Origin: the human T2T-CHM13v2.0 reference genome, Homo sapiens
DNA: 64,000 nucleotides
Strand: one strand, 5' to 3'
Assembly: GCF_009914755.1 (NCBI RefSeq)
Contig: NC_060929.1
The notes under the pieces are model-generated. The model did not search any database and was not told where the DNA came from. It was given only the letters and a program-made list of their open reading frames with translations. The position numbers were made by a program, and so were the translations under genes. Position 1 is the stretch's first letter, and every line of letters starts with the position of its first letter. This document shows positions 1 to 12,090 of this stretch, in pieces.

Positions 1-19
1 CTAAGCAAGTCCAACTTCA

Positions 20-60
20 TGTGTGTGTATATATATACACACACACACACACATATATAT
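20..60. repeat. Compound (TG)n(TA)n(CA)n(TA)n microsatellite
   Basis: Alternating purine-pyrimidine tract read directly from the sequence. Confidence 0.9.
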
Positions 61-89
61 CTGTAATTTTATATATGTAAGGTATGTGT

Positions 90-2200
90 ACAAAATACAA
101 CATAACCAGGTAAGTTAGGAAGTATAGTTCATCATTAGAAAGCCTATCAATGTAAATACATTAGGGAAAAATAGACACTTAAAAAGTCACAAGAAAAGCA
201 TTAAGGACAAGAAATATACATTTGACTACCTCAAAATTTAAATGATCATCTCAATAGATTAACGATGAACTTGATAAAAATGCAACAATACCCATTCATG
301 ATTAAAAGAAAGAAAAAAGCCCAGCAAAGTAGCACCAAAGGAGAACATGCTAAAGTGAAGCTTTCGAAAGCTAACAGCAAACACCTTATGAAATAACAAA
401 CTTTAGAAGCATTCCCATGAAAGCAAGAATAAGAGACATTATTTTTCATTATATCATAAAATTTATGTGTAAAAATAAGAAAACACTTTAACTCAAAAAA
501 GAGTAATGTGATATATTCTATTTTATGTTTTATATCTATACTCTTAAATTGTTAAGAATTAAAACAGTTGATGAATTATAATACTATAATTTTAATTTTT
601 CTAATTTACATAAATAAAGCTAATTGTCTTTATCCAGAAAAAAAATTGGACATAAATCCCATCTAATGCAATAAGAGAAACAAATGAGATATAAAGATGA
701 GAAAAGAAGAAACAAAATTGTCACAATTCATAGTTGATAAAATTTACCACATAGAGAAATCCAAGGAAGGCAAAATGCAGTGTTTTAAAACTAAGAGGAA
801 AATTCAGCAAAGTTTCTGGGCTCACAATTGATATTCATTCAAACATTTATACTTATTTTTACACTTAATAGCCAATTAAAAAAATTTCATTCAAAATATT
901 AACAACTCAGAAGCACATAGTTTAATCTAAAATACACAAGATTTTTAGCTAAAATATGCACAAAGCTATTGAAGACATAACGAAGAATTAAATAATTAGA
1001 AAAACAAAACATGTTCATGGATAAGATTCAACATTTAAAAAAAATTCTCTAAATAATTTATGATTTTATGCAATTCCAATCAAAAATTCCTATAAGAATT
1101 TGCAAAAACACAGACAAGCTGATTATAAAATTTACTTTATAAAGCTGTATGAATATCAAGAATTTTTTTAAGGATAACATTAGAAGTTTGTGCTACCACA
1201 TAGCAAGACATCAAAAATAATTTAAACCATGTTATCTTCACAAGAATGTACAAATAAAGTAATGAGACAGAATAGATAGCCTTACGGTATATCACAAATC
1301 CCTGGGGAAGGACACTGTTCAATGCAGTACATTTGGTTTTCAGAAAGAAAAAAAAATTATATTTCTACCTCATACAAGAAAAAAATTAGATTGGTTAGGA
1401 AACTAAATGTGGGAATCAAAACTGCAAACCTATTAAAAGCATGAGTTAGGGTGGGAAAGGTTTTCTTAAGCAAGTTGCCAAAAAAAGCAAAAAGAAAGAT
1501 AAATATATTTGACTATATAAAATGTACAATGGCTGAACATCAAAATATACTCTAACTTACTCTGTGAGTTCACTTATGTACATTTTTAAGTAAGCAAAAT
1601 TAGTCTATGGTGATTGAAATCAGAATAGTGGTTAACTTTGAGGAAGGGGTAAGTGAGTAGTGATTAGAGAGGAGTATAAGGCAGCCTCTGGGGGCTGATG
1701 TTCTTTTTTCTGATCTGGGTGATTACACTTTCTGAAAATTCATCCAGCTGTATACATACATGTGTACTTTTCTATATGTACATTAGCTAAATTTAAAATT
1801 TAAGATAAACACAGATAGTCTAAACATGATTAAAAGGCAAACACAGCATTGAAGAGCGTTTAGATTAGATATAAAGAAAACTTAGTATCCAGAATATATA
1901 TTTTTGTAAAACTTCAGAAAATCAAATTAAAACAATATACGATTTTTGACCTATGGTCAAAATTGACATGAACTTTTAAGACCTCAAATATCAACAGTTA
2001 AAGAATTATGAAAAATGGTATTTGTATATAAAGACATTGAAAAAATTACTAAGTTGAACACTTTAAGAAGCAATTTATCATCATTTCTATTAAAACTGAA
2101 CATTTGTATTCCTTACAAACCAGCAATTCCACTGATGTATATACACCATACAGCATTAATTTTCAAGCTGTATATTGTGGCTCATGAAGAAGTTCATAAA
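90..2200 (+). mobile_element. Ancient, fragmented L1M (L1ME/L1MC-type) ORF2 and 3' end relics
   Basis: A-rich, with decayed L1 motifs: CCCATTCATGATTAAAA, GAAGCATTCCC, CATGTTCATGGATAAGATTCAA, TGCAATTCCAATCAAAA, ACAAGCTGATTATAAAATT. An L1ME-like 3' end lies at about 1590-1790. Confidence 0.7.
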
Positions 2201-3419
2201 TCAACTTCATGTATTATATGTATTATACATTTATTATATGTATTATAACCAGGATTTTTTCATGAAATGAAAATAATAAAATAGTTGAGGTGGGAAAATA
2301 CCAAAATACTGGTCCATGGACAGCTGCCAGTTTAAGACATGCTTATTACTAGCCCAAATGAAGAAATCAGAGTCAAGTTTTTCAAAAAACTAAATTTGTT
2401 AATTTAATTTTTTAAATTCTGAGATTGTCCTCACAACTTTTTAAGTATAAAAATAGCTCATTCTATTACAAATTATGTTGATTCTTAACACTGGCTGTGA
2501 GATTTTTAACATTCGCACCTAGCAAAATTAAAAATCAGAGAATCTGTGTGCATCTTCAATTGTTTTTCTGAAATCTCACTATATTCAACATCCCAAAGCC
2601 TGACTCACTACTTTATTCCATACCTCAGCTGTCCCAAGTAGGTCAAAGTCATAGATTGATCCTTTAAAATGGCATTAATCACTCACTCATTCTTTAACAT
2701 ATTTAATGGATTAATATGAAGGGGGTTGAGACACACTGATCAATTAGGTTGATTTAATTCCACAGAGAGGACTTGCAAAAATATGTGCCATTGTTAACAA
2801 GGGCATGCCAATAGAAATAGATGGATCTTTGTAAATCCATCATCACTGTGAAAAACAATCCAGGGGATAGGTCAAAAACCTCATCTCTGTTTGAATATAA
2901 TAGTTCATGAGTACTGTATTAGGCAATCTGAGTAGGCAAGAATTTAGAAAATCAAAGGGCAGTAAAGGTCTAGAGCCCACTTGAATTGGCTCACTGGAGC
3001 AGTTGTGACAAATAGAAATGGAACAAGCTTGGTATTCTAACATGGGATTTACACTTAACTCTGACTCATTCTCATTGTATCTAAACTTAAGTTTACAGTC
3101 TAGAAATAGACGTCTATATATTGTCTAAAAGTTTAAATGCCTTGCAAGTTTTACATTAAAAATGTTAAGCAGTTAGGTATTTATAAAGCTGTAAAAGATG
3201 AAAAACTGATCCTTCAGTTATGTAAAGACTATAAAGTAATTTTAAAAAATCAATCTATGAGCCAAAATAACTTCCAACATTATGAAATATTTTTAAAACA
3301 TTTATTGAGTCATAAAATGTTGACATGGTATGGCAAAAGTCCTGGCTTGGTCATATTTTAGATTTCTGCCCATTGACAAATTACTTTCCACTTCCAATGT
3401 CTGTAACATTTATCTTAAC

Positions 3420-3535
3420 CCTTCCCACTTTGCAAGTGAAGAAGCTGAGGCCCAAAGAGGTGACAAGACTTTTCAAGGCCACATAAGTAGTTAGGCCAGA
3501 ACGAAGGTTCCCTGGCTGTCAGTCCACTGATCCAT
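3420..3535 (-). mobile_element. MIR fragment
   Basis: Core-like TTTGCAAGTGAAGAAGCTGAGGCCCAAAGAGGTGACAAGACTT...CAAGGCCACA. Confidence 0.65.
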
Positions 3536-4837
3536 GAGCTGCAGCACTTTGCTTCTCATGGATTATTTGTAAGCAGGACAGAAACTGAGCCCACTCAAGA
3601 TGAGTACACCTTACCCACTCAGCCACCAGTGCCCAGTGGATTTAAGTCTGAAGAGGAAAATAAGTGTTAATAAGCAGCACAAAATGCAGTATTCTTGTCC
3701 AAAAAGAAGCAATAAGTGCCAAGTTCCATTCATCTGTGGTCCACTTAGCAGAGCTTCCTTAATTTGACAATAAAATAAAATAACATTTGATGTAAGACCG
3801 TTTTTCTCCCTGGCTTCCTTTAAATGGTAAAGACATGCTCTGAAAATATTCTAGTTTCATTTAAGACTGTTTTCTGTTCACTCAACTTCAAAGGGTTTTT
3901 ATATGGTATTTTAGGATTATAAATTTTGCCATTTTTCTAAGAGGAAAAATACTTGCTTTTATTTACTCTACATTTATGGATTTCAAGTGACCCTATAGTT
4001 CCTGCATATAATGTCTTCCTGTTCTGAATCCTACACTTCAGGAAGACTTGAATATTACTGATTCCCTAATCTCTCCTGGTTTTATGAACTAGAGCTCCAA
4101 ATATAAATGCCTTTAGAGACTAAGCAACAACATAAACACATGAAGTGACCATTTTGAGTGGTGAGGACTTAACAGGAGAGTTCACGCCATTTATTTTATT
4201 CTACCTGGATTTTGAAATCATGTAGAATTATAACAGAAGTATTGGGGAGAATGTCAGTGAGCAATTAGCTAAAAGCTTTGGAAGAAGGGAAGAAAAACTG
4301 AGATGATCATTTAAAAAGGGAAGTCCTGCTTTCTTTCAATTCAGGCTCCAGTCAAGTGTTGAGTGACAAATCCCAGAGGAGGAGGCAGGATTCGTGCTCT
4401 AGCAGCCTCCACAAGAACCAAGCTCAGGTTGCCTAAATAGTTCAGTGCTGTAAATAGTTCAGTTCCAGTACCATGGCTCTTTTATCCTAGCTTTGACCAA
4501 TGATGACTACATTTTGTTTTTAATCACCTACAGTTCCTTTCCTATGCTTTATTTTGCCTGAGAAAATGCCTTTATTCATTAGTTTTAGCTAAGAATACAT
4601 GATCCTAAACTTACATCATTAAAAAAAAATCACTGATGTAGATGACTGAGCCAAAAAGCAATAATAAAACTGAAGCACAAAGAGCACCCCTGGCATTCTC
4701 CAATCCCAAACCCCCATTCATCTACAAAAGGAGAGAAATCAGTATCACAGAAGAAATGTTCAAGCAGCTTTTCCTTTCTTAAATAGTTGTTTCCCTAAAC
4801 TGTGCATCTAAATACCCAATTAATTTCTCAGACAGAA

Positions 4838-5689
4838 TGATGGTGATAGATGTAGGAGGCAGAGAAATCCTAGGCAGACAGGGGCAGGTCCCCAGCAAAA
4901 CCATATCCCTGAGCCAAAAAGCTTGAAACCCGCAGTCCAATCCCTGTTTGCCCACTCTCTCTCAGTTGATTATTTCTGAATAATGTCTTTTTGTTAATTG
5001 AATGTTGCCTTTTCCAAAATTACCTACGCCCTGCCCCATCCCCCATTCTGTGCCTATAAAGACCCAAGACTCAGTCGGTAGAGAGAGAAAGAAGTGGATT
5101 GACTGGAAAGAGATAACTTGACTTCAGAGGGACTGCTGGACTTTGGAGGAGAGATGGCTGGAGATGGCCAGACTTAAGGGAAGGTTATCTGCCTGTCTCA
5201 TCCCTTCTCTAGCTCCCCTCTCCACTGACAGCCACTTCCATCACTAAATAAAATTCTCTACCTTCACCATCCTTCAAGTGTCCATGCAACTTCATCCTTT
5301 TTGGACGGCAGACAAGAGCTTGGGACCCAACATGTGTGGATACCCAAAAAAGGCTGTCACACTGGCCATTTGCCCTTGCTGGTGGAGGGCAGCCGCCCTG
5401 CGCAACGAGGCAAGGGGCCCACTGAGTGGATAACACATGGCTGTCCACAGACAGCAGAGCTAAGAGAGAAAAACCCTCTGGGGCTTCAGGGGTCACAGGC
5501 ACCCCCAGCTGAGCAACGCCATGGGGCCTGCATGGAGCCTGCTCCTGCCAGCGCCCAAAGCAGCCAGCCAGATCTCATACTCGCTTGCTCACGTACTCCC
5601 TCACACAAGAGGTTGAGCGTGGTGGGCCAAGTAAATGGGGCACCCCCATTGCAAGTCCAACAATGGGGTCCAGAAAAACTCCTGCATCA
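4838..5689 (+). mobile_element. ERV1 solo LTR, LTR1/LTR27/LTR28 group
   Basis: TGAT...ATCA termini. 5' part GGAGGCAGAGAAATCCTAGGCAGACAGGGGCAGGTCCCC resembles LTR1/27/28. TATAAA at 5055-5060 and AATAAA at 5247-5252. Imperfect 4-bp TSD AGAA/AGCA. Confidence 0.8.
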
Positions 5690-6239
5690 AGCATCTCAGA
5701 GAAACTCTCTTGACCATAAGCTACAGGCCTTAGACCAAAATATAATTCCACCAAGACAGCACAAAAAATATGTTTTTTAACTGGCCATTTAAACCAAGTT
5801 CAGAATGAGAAGAAATAGAGCAATTTGAGAACTGAGACAGTCAATTAAATGAGACTAAACTTCTCCCTGAAACCCTGCCCAGAGATGTATTTCAGGGCTT
5901 TCTACTAGCCATGCTGTTTTCATGGTTGTATTTACTGCAGAAGTTTCTGTGATCAATTTCACAAATTTCAAACAGTTTGTACTCAAGACCAGTAGCTTGT
6001 GAGCTTGAAAAAGGAAGAAAAGACAGAATGAATTGATAACTGATTAAAAAATAGAAAGTTACAGCAAGAAGGGACTCAGTTGGTTCAATTCTTCATTTTA
6101 CAGGAACAGAAACTGAGCCTTTGGTAGTGCCATGGTCAAAACAAGAAAAATGTGAGTGGTGATCTTGATTTTAATTTTTTTCTAACTTCATATCCACTTC
6201 TTTTTCTACCACTCAACACTGCCTGTGTTGGTAAGGACT

Positions 6240-7165
6240 TTTTAAAAAATTCTATTGAAGTAATACCAATGTGCACATAGAAGAGCAATTAAACAGATAT
6301 ACATTTTAAAAGTTAATAATAATAATGCAAGCACTTGTGAAATCACCAGCCAAATAAAGAATGAGAATATTGTTAGTCCCAGGGAAACCTTCACATGCCA
6401 CTCCTTTTTGTACCTCCTTCTTCCCTCTAGGGTAAATCGTTCTCTTATGTATGTAATAGCCGTTCCCTTGCTTAATAGTTTTACTACTTATTCCCCAAGA
6501 ATGTATTTTCTAATTTTTGCTTATTAAATAGAATCACATCATATGTAAACTTTTTATCTGACATCTTTCATTTAACATATATTTTGAGATTTAACAAAGT
6601 TGATGTATAGAGCTATAATTTGTTCATGTCATTGCTGTATAATATTCCACATATTTCATATATGTAAATATACCATATTTTAGTCATGTATTCCACTGTT
6701 TTGGGGGGGTTTTCTTTGAGACAGAGTCTCACTCTGTCACCCAGGCTGGAGTTCAGTGGCACCATCTGGGCTCACTGCAACCTCGCCTCCTGTGTTCAAG
6801 CAATCCTCCTGCCTCAGCCACCTGAGAAGCTAGGATTACAGGTGTGTGCCACCATGCCTGGCTAAAAATTTTTGTATATTTAGTAGAGGTGGGGTTTGCC
6901 CATGTTGGCCAGGCTGGTCTAGTACTCCTGGCCTCAAGTGATCCACCTGCCTCAGCCTCCCAAAGTCCTGGGATTACAGGAGTGAGCTACCATGCTGAGC
7001 CTATTCTACTGTTGATAGACAACTGGCTGTGTCCAGTTTGGCTCTATTATAAAAAATATTATGAACATTCTTAAACATGCCTTCCAGCTTACATGTACAA
7101 GAGCTTCTTTAGGGTATATACCTGTAGAGATTACAATTTCTAGGTTGTGGAAGGTGCACATAGTC
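6240..7165 (-). mobile_element. Old L1M 3' region, interrupted by an Alu
   Basis: Antisense L1ME/MC motifs (TTGTTCATGTCATTGCTGTATAATATTCCA, CCAGTTTGGCTCTATTAT...ATGAACATTCTT) on both sides of the Alu. Confidence 0.65.
6701..7001 (-). mobile_element. Alu, AluS-type (Sz/Sx), full length
   Basis: Dimeric Alu on the minus strand. TSD TATTCCACTGTT (6689-6700) / TATTCTACTGTT (7002-7013). Confidence 0.93.
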
Positions 7166-7167
7166 TA

Positions 7168-7183
7168 CTTAGAATGCTTTCAG

Positions 7184-7233
<50 letters not shown>

Positions 7234-7650
7234 AACCATGTAATTCTAACTTAAAATTACTTAAACAATAAGAACATTTACTATTCCATGTAATAAGAAG
7301 TCCAGACGTAAGGAAAATCTAACATTGTTTATCTCAGTGGTTCAATAGTGTCATCAGCGATCCTGGTAATTTCCATCTTCCACTGTGCCATCCTTAGGGT
7401 CTCTCTCACTTTGCTCTCAGGCCAGGCCCCTCATAATCATGAGATAGCTGCAACAGCTCCAGATATTATATACAATCATGACTACACCCGGAGAGAGAAG
7501 AAGCCATCTCCTCTGATGTTTCTTTTTTGGTATAAGAAAACCTTTCCCTGAAGACCCCAGCAAACATTCTCCCACCTCGTAGGCAAGAATTGCATCACAT
7601 ACCCTACCTAAAGGAATCACTGGAAAGGGAAATAAAATTCATCTAAGCCA
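7168..7650. mobile_element. Old ERVL-class LTR (LTR33-like)
   Basis: AGAAGTCCAGA...TCATCAGCGATCCTGG...CCATCCTT...ATGAGATAGCTGCAACAGCTCCAG motif order. Related copies lie at about 20.0-20.4 kb and 24.8-25.5 kb. Confidence 0.55.
7188..7231. repeat. Pure poly(A) tract, 44 nt
   Basis: Counted directly. Confidence 0.95.
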
Positions 7651-7784
7651 ATTAAAATATTTAATACACACACTCAGAGCCTGAAGAGAGGCCCCTTCCC
7701 TGAGCACCTAAATTATTGGCAGGAGGTTGTATCTTTCACCCATTTCTCTTAACTTTTGCTGTCATTAAATATGATGATGTGTAT

Positions 7785-8210
7785 TTTTATTATGAAAAAT
7801 GAAATATCTAACATATGCACACTAGAGAGAAGAGCATAATAAAATAATAAACCCCATCCCATAAGCTCACCATTGCCCAGCTCCACAATTAACTCATGGC
7901 CCATTTCCCTCTGTCTATATCCCACCCATCTCCCCTATCTTCCCCTAGATTCATTTGAAACATATCCAGCTATAATGTCATTTCATCTGTAAACATATCA
8001 CTATATATCTTAAAAGGACTCTTTTTAAAACCAAACCACAATACAGTCATGATATCTATTAAAAATAACAGTTTGCTAACATCAACAAATATACTGTCAA
8101 TGTTCAAATTTCTCCAATACCTCATAAATGTGTATGTATTTAAATATTTTGTTTGTATTGGGATTCAAATAAGGCCCAAATATTACAAGTGCTTGATATG
8201 TCTCCTAAGT
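7785..8210 (-). mobile_element. L1MC-type 3' end
   Basis: TTATGAAAAAT...TAGAGAGAA...CCCAGCTCCACAATTAACTCATGGCC pattern typical of antisense L1MC4/5 3' ends. Confidence 0.6.
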
Positions 8211-9296
8211 AGGACCAGTTATTCTTTAAAAAAAAAATCAAAGTTCAGTAAATGAGGAGGATGTACAGTTGAAGAAATGATAGCACAGGTTGAAGCCCCC
8301 AGGTTAACAGGCTGCAACCGTGATGTGAATGGCCTCCCTCTAAGATCCACAGATGATGGTCAGTGATCACACCCAGAGATGCTGTATCAGGGCAAGTTAC
8401 ATTATAATCTAGCAGAACTTTGTGTCCCTGAATAGGGCAAGAAATATTAAAGATTCAGATCTCTCAGGAAAAGCTTATCAAAGAGAAAAGAAGATGATTA
8501 AAAACTGAGTAGGGAAGAACATGGAATTAATCTTAATTTAATTTCAGCAAGAATTTGTCTTTAAGAAATTAGCCATTATCAAGAGATTCATGCAGATTGT
8601 GAAAGACCAGAAAGTTATAGTTCCCTGGAGAATATCTATTGATTAAAATGAAATTAAAAGGTATAAAAGATACTGGCTCCAACTCAACACTTCATTATAA
8701 TCAATCTGCTTTTAATCTATGCTTTGTTTTTAAAATTAGGTTATAAATACTTGAAATTATTGGTATTGGGATTTTTAAAATGTAGAATTGAGAAGAGAAA
8801 CTACTAACAGAAGGGGAAGTGATATAGAGCTAATAAGATCTCTTGCTGCTGTTTATTACTACCTTTCCTGCTTCTAAAAATGATTTGCAATAACAAATAT
8901 ATAGATTTGATAAGACAGGAAAAACATGAAAGCAGAGTAAAAAGGCAGGATTCAAAAAATGAGAGAAGGAGGAAAAAAGGAGAATTAAAGCAGAAAACAT
9001 GGGCTTTAAAGGAAAGTATTATCAAACAGAAAATGAAGGCAAGAAATTCCTTTTACTTTATATACTTAAGCATTTATTTAATATTATTTTAAACAAGTAA
9101 TAAAACTAACAAAACTTTAAAAAGCTTGCTGTCCTCTTTCTCCATTTTTCCAATCTGTTTTTTGTCCACTATGTAAGGGAACCAAGATCATAAGTCAGTT
9201 GTGGTAGTTCAATGAACAGAAAATGCTGAATACCAGCACAGCTTCTCCAGGGGTTAGGCATGGAAGAATGGCTGTGCCCAAGAAAGGGTCTAGGCC

Positions 9297-9524
9297 AGTG
9301 CTTCTCAACAAAGAGACATCTGGCCCCCAAGAGACATCTGGCCATGTCTAAAGACATTTTTATTTGTGCTGTTGTCAAACAAAATGCCCATTTGGGGTAC
9401 TTTTTGTCATCTATTGGGTAGAGATCAAGACTGCTACTCAATACCCTACAATGCATTGGACAGCCCCCTAACAATAAAACTTATCCAGCCCAATACTCCA
9501 ACAGTGCTAGATTGAGAAACCCTG
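9297..9524. mobile_element. MER20 (hAT-Charlie DNA transposon)
   Basis: CAGTGCTTCTCAA...TTGAGAAACCCTG terminal inverted repeats, internal CCTACAATGCATTGGACAGCCCCC, about 225 bp. Confidence 0.85.
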
Positions 9525-9945
9525 ACCTAGTGGATAGAGCTCAACAACTTCAGTGCACGAGCCCGTCATGCACCATTAACATTCACACAGTAACTTCTCT
9601 CTCCTTTGTCCAACAAATTCTTTCTTTATATTTTTTTTCTTTGTCATTGCCTTCGCCATAATCAAAATGTAAAAACTCCTTTCTAGTTTATTGCAAATGA
9701 TCTCCTGGCTCACTTTAATTCGTATTACACAGCTTCCTGATTAATTTTTTTCAGACATTGTAATTCATTCCCTCTCACCTAAAGAATTGCAGTGGCTTCC
9801 ATTTTGTCTACCACAGCAAAGCTAAAGTCCTCATCCTGACACCAAGCTAGTCCATCAAGATTGATTTTTCACTTTTATGATTTTACCTTCAATCACCATA
9901 GCTTCTTTGCTCCAGCCAAGGCATTAGAAGATCTTCTTCCCTCTC

Positions 9946-10140
9946 TGTGAGGAACGCCTCTGCCCGGCCCCCGCCCTGTCTGGGAAGTGAGGAGCGCCTC
10001 TGCCCAGCTGCCGCCCCATCTGGGATGTGAGGATCGCCTCTGCCCGGCCGCTGTGCAACCTTCCAAGTGTGAAGTGACAGCCTTGTGTGTGATCTTTTCT
10101 GTCTTCCCCAACTTGTGAACTTTTTAATTTAAAAAAAAAA
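9946..10140 (+). mobile_element. SVA2 element (5'-truncated VNTR plus SVA2 unique 3' end and poly(A))
   Basis: About three SVA VNTR units (GTGAGGAGCGCCTCTGCCC...), then GCTGTGCAACCTTCCAAGTGTGAAGTGACAGCCTTGTGTGTGATC, then an A tail. 20-bp TSD at 9926-9945 / 10141-10160 with one mismatch. Confidence 0.85.
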
Positions 10141-10724
10141 AGAAGATCTTTTTCCCTCTCTTTCCCTTCACCTGGTTCAACCTGCCTCCTGGTTGTTTTT
10201 TGCTGTTTGGTAAAGAATAATTCATGAAAAGTAAAAAAGTTTTTAAATTGCTTCTACCATGGATGAGCAGAACAATAGCAGAAACTCCTATTAGGTTGGT
10301 GCAATTACTTTTGCACCACTCTAATACAAATTTAAATAAATTAAAGGAATTTAACTAGGCTTCTCTTCATTTCCTATGTCAGGAAACTATTTTCAACATT
10401 AAAGACAAACAAAAAGGCTTTTCAAGCAAAAACATTTCAATTAATTATACTTTCTTATTTTCTAAAAGGTCTAATTAGTATAGTTTTTTTAATGAAAATG
10501 TTGCTTTAGAAACCAAGTAAATTAGGGAGATATCATTCATGCCTTTTTAAAAATCTTAAAAAAAAGGTACTTCAGGTTTAAAACACTTTCTTTACATATT
10601 AAACCCTACTGGTATAAGAAAAGATAAGTTATGAAAATTGGATTTACATTTTCCAGTAAAACCTATTGCATAAGAAAATTACTCCCCTATTTCAGATAAT
10701 GGCTAAGTCCATAACATTTCTAGT

Positions 10725-10905
10725 ACAGAAACTGGACATGTTTAGTTTGAATAAAAGAAAAATGAGCACTGTTTTAAAATATTTAAGAAGTTGTTATACA
10801 GAAAGATGATTAGATAAGCTTTCAAAGTTGCTTACTAGGGGAGAACCAGGACAAACAGGAGGCAGTTGCAAAGGGAAGATTTTTGGCTCTGTATAAGGAG
10901 GAAGT
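10725..10905 (+). mobile_element. L3/CR1 fragment
   Basis: GAAACTGGACATGTTTAGTTTG...AAATATTTAAGAAGTTGT...GGAAGATTTTTGGCTC resembles the CR1/L3 3' region. Confidence 0.5.
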
Positions 10906-11439
10906 CATGTTGCCAATCTGATTTTGAAAGAGCTTCAGGAATGTCTCAACACCATCATTTCAGTTAGGAAAATGTCCTATGGCCAAAAACTGATGACCTT
11001 TCCTGCAGAATTCCCTCCTTAATGTGTCATGTGTGATGCATGACCTAGCCCCACTACTTCTAGCTTCAGTTTCTCAGAACGTCTGGATCCCAGCTTCTTT
11101 CAGCATCTGGGCAGTACTACATATCACACTTGGATGCAATTATATTGCTTCTCTGCTCAACTGCAGAAGTCCCCCTGTTGTCTACAAAACAAAGTCATAA
11201 CCCCTCAGCATGGTTTTCAAGGCCCTTCACAACCTGCTCATCACCACTCAACCCACTGCCTCAGCCAGGTGGATGTAAAATAGGTCAAACTTTGTTTCTT
11301 TTTAGATAGAGTTAAAGAACTGACTTAGGAAAATGTTACAGACACAATGCATCCAGAGAGTATAAAGGAATTTGAAAATCTATGGTCAAGTTAGAGAAAT
11401 ATGAACCAGATATCAGGACATTTAGGAGGATCTGTAACT

Positions 11440-12090
11440 AGATGATGATCAAATACTGATTAATGGAAGATTGCCAGCCTAAAAATGTTTCTAATGGTGG
11501 AACACAGAATGTTGCCTGCTCAATGACACGGTTAAAAATATTGAACTTGTGCTCATCACATTTACAGATTTCAAGATGCTGAGACAGAAAGCAAATACAC
11601 TGAAAGGGAGAAACAGGAAATAAAAAGCTATATGACCAGGACACTGAACAAAAGCAGATAAAACCCAACAAAGGCAGGGAGACAATGACATCACAGAACC
11701 ATTTGTGGGAAAGGCATAAAGATTTCATACACTTGCAAGCTTAACCTGAGTGTGACTCTCAATCAGAAAAGAAGCTAATATAATCTTGGGTTGTATTAAT
11801 AGACATACAGTAGCCATAATAAAGAAGATAAACGTTCCCCCATCTTCTATAACCTAAATGAGAAAGGAATTGGTGATGGTTAGCCTGGAGAAAGAAGGTA
11901 AATTGATTGTTCTCTTTAAATATTTTTAAAAGGTGTCATGTTGAAGCAGCCCTCAAAAGTTCAATGTACAATGGGTAAAATAAAAGAGGAGATAAATTTG
12001 GGTTTTCTTTCTAGCAATGAGAACTGCCATAGAGAGAATAAGGTCTCCATTACTAGAATGGAGCAGTTTTACATATACTGTAGGTTGGAC
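11440..12090 (+). mobile_element. L3/CR1 fragment
   Basis: Decayed RT/3' motifs (CTGATTAATGGA, GCTCATCACATTTACAGAT, AAGCTAATATAATCTTGGGTTGTATTAATAGA, GGTTAGCCTGGAGAA). Confidence 0.55.

Noticed and set aside
5209-5780. Overlapping 159-aa and 97-aa ORFs
   Set aside because: They lie in a GC-rich solo LTR and resemble no protein I recognise; chance ORFs.
8250-8570. Purine-rich stretch that looked like a processed pseudogene
   Set aside because: The frames I translated contain stops and give no recognisable peptide; no poly(A) tail or TSD.
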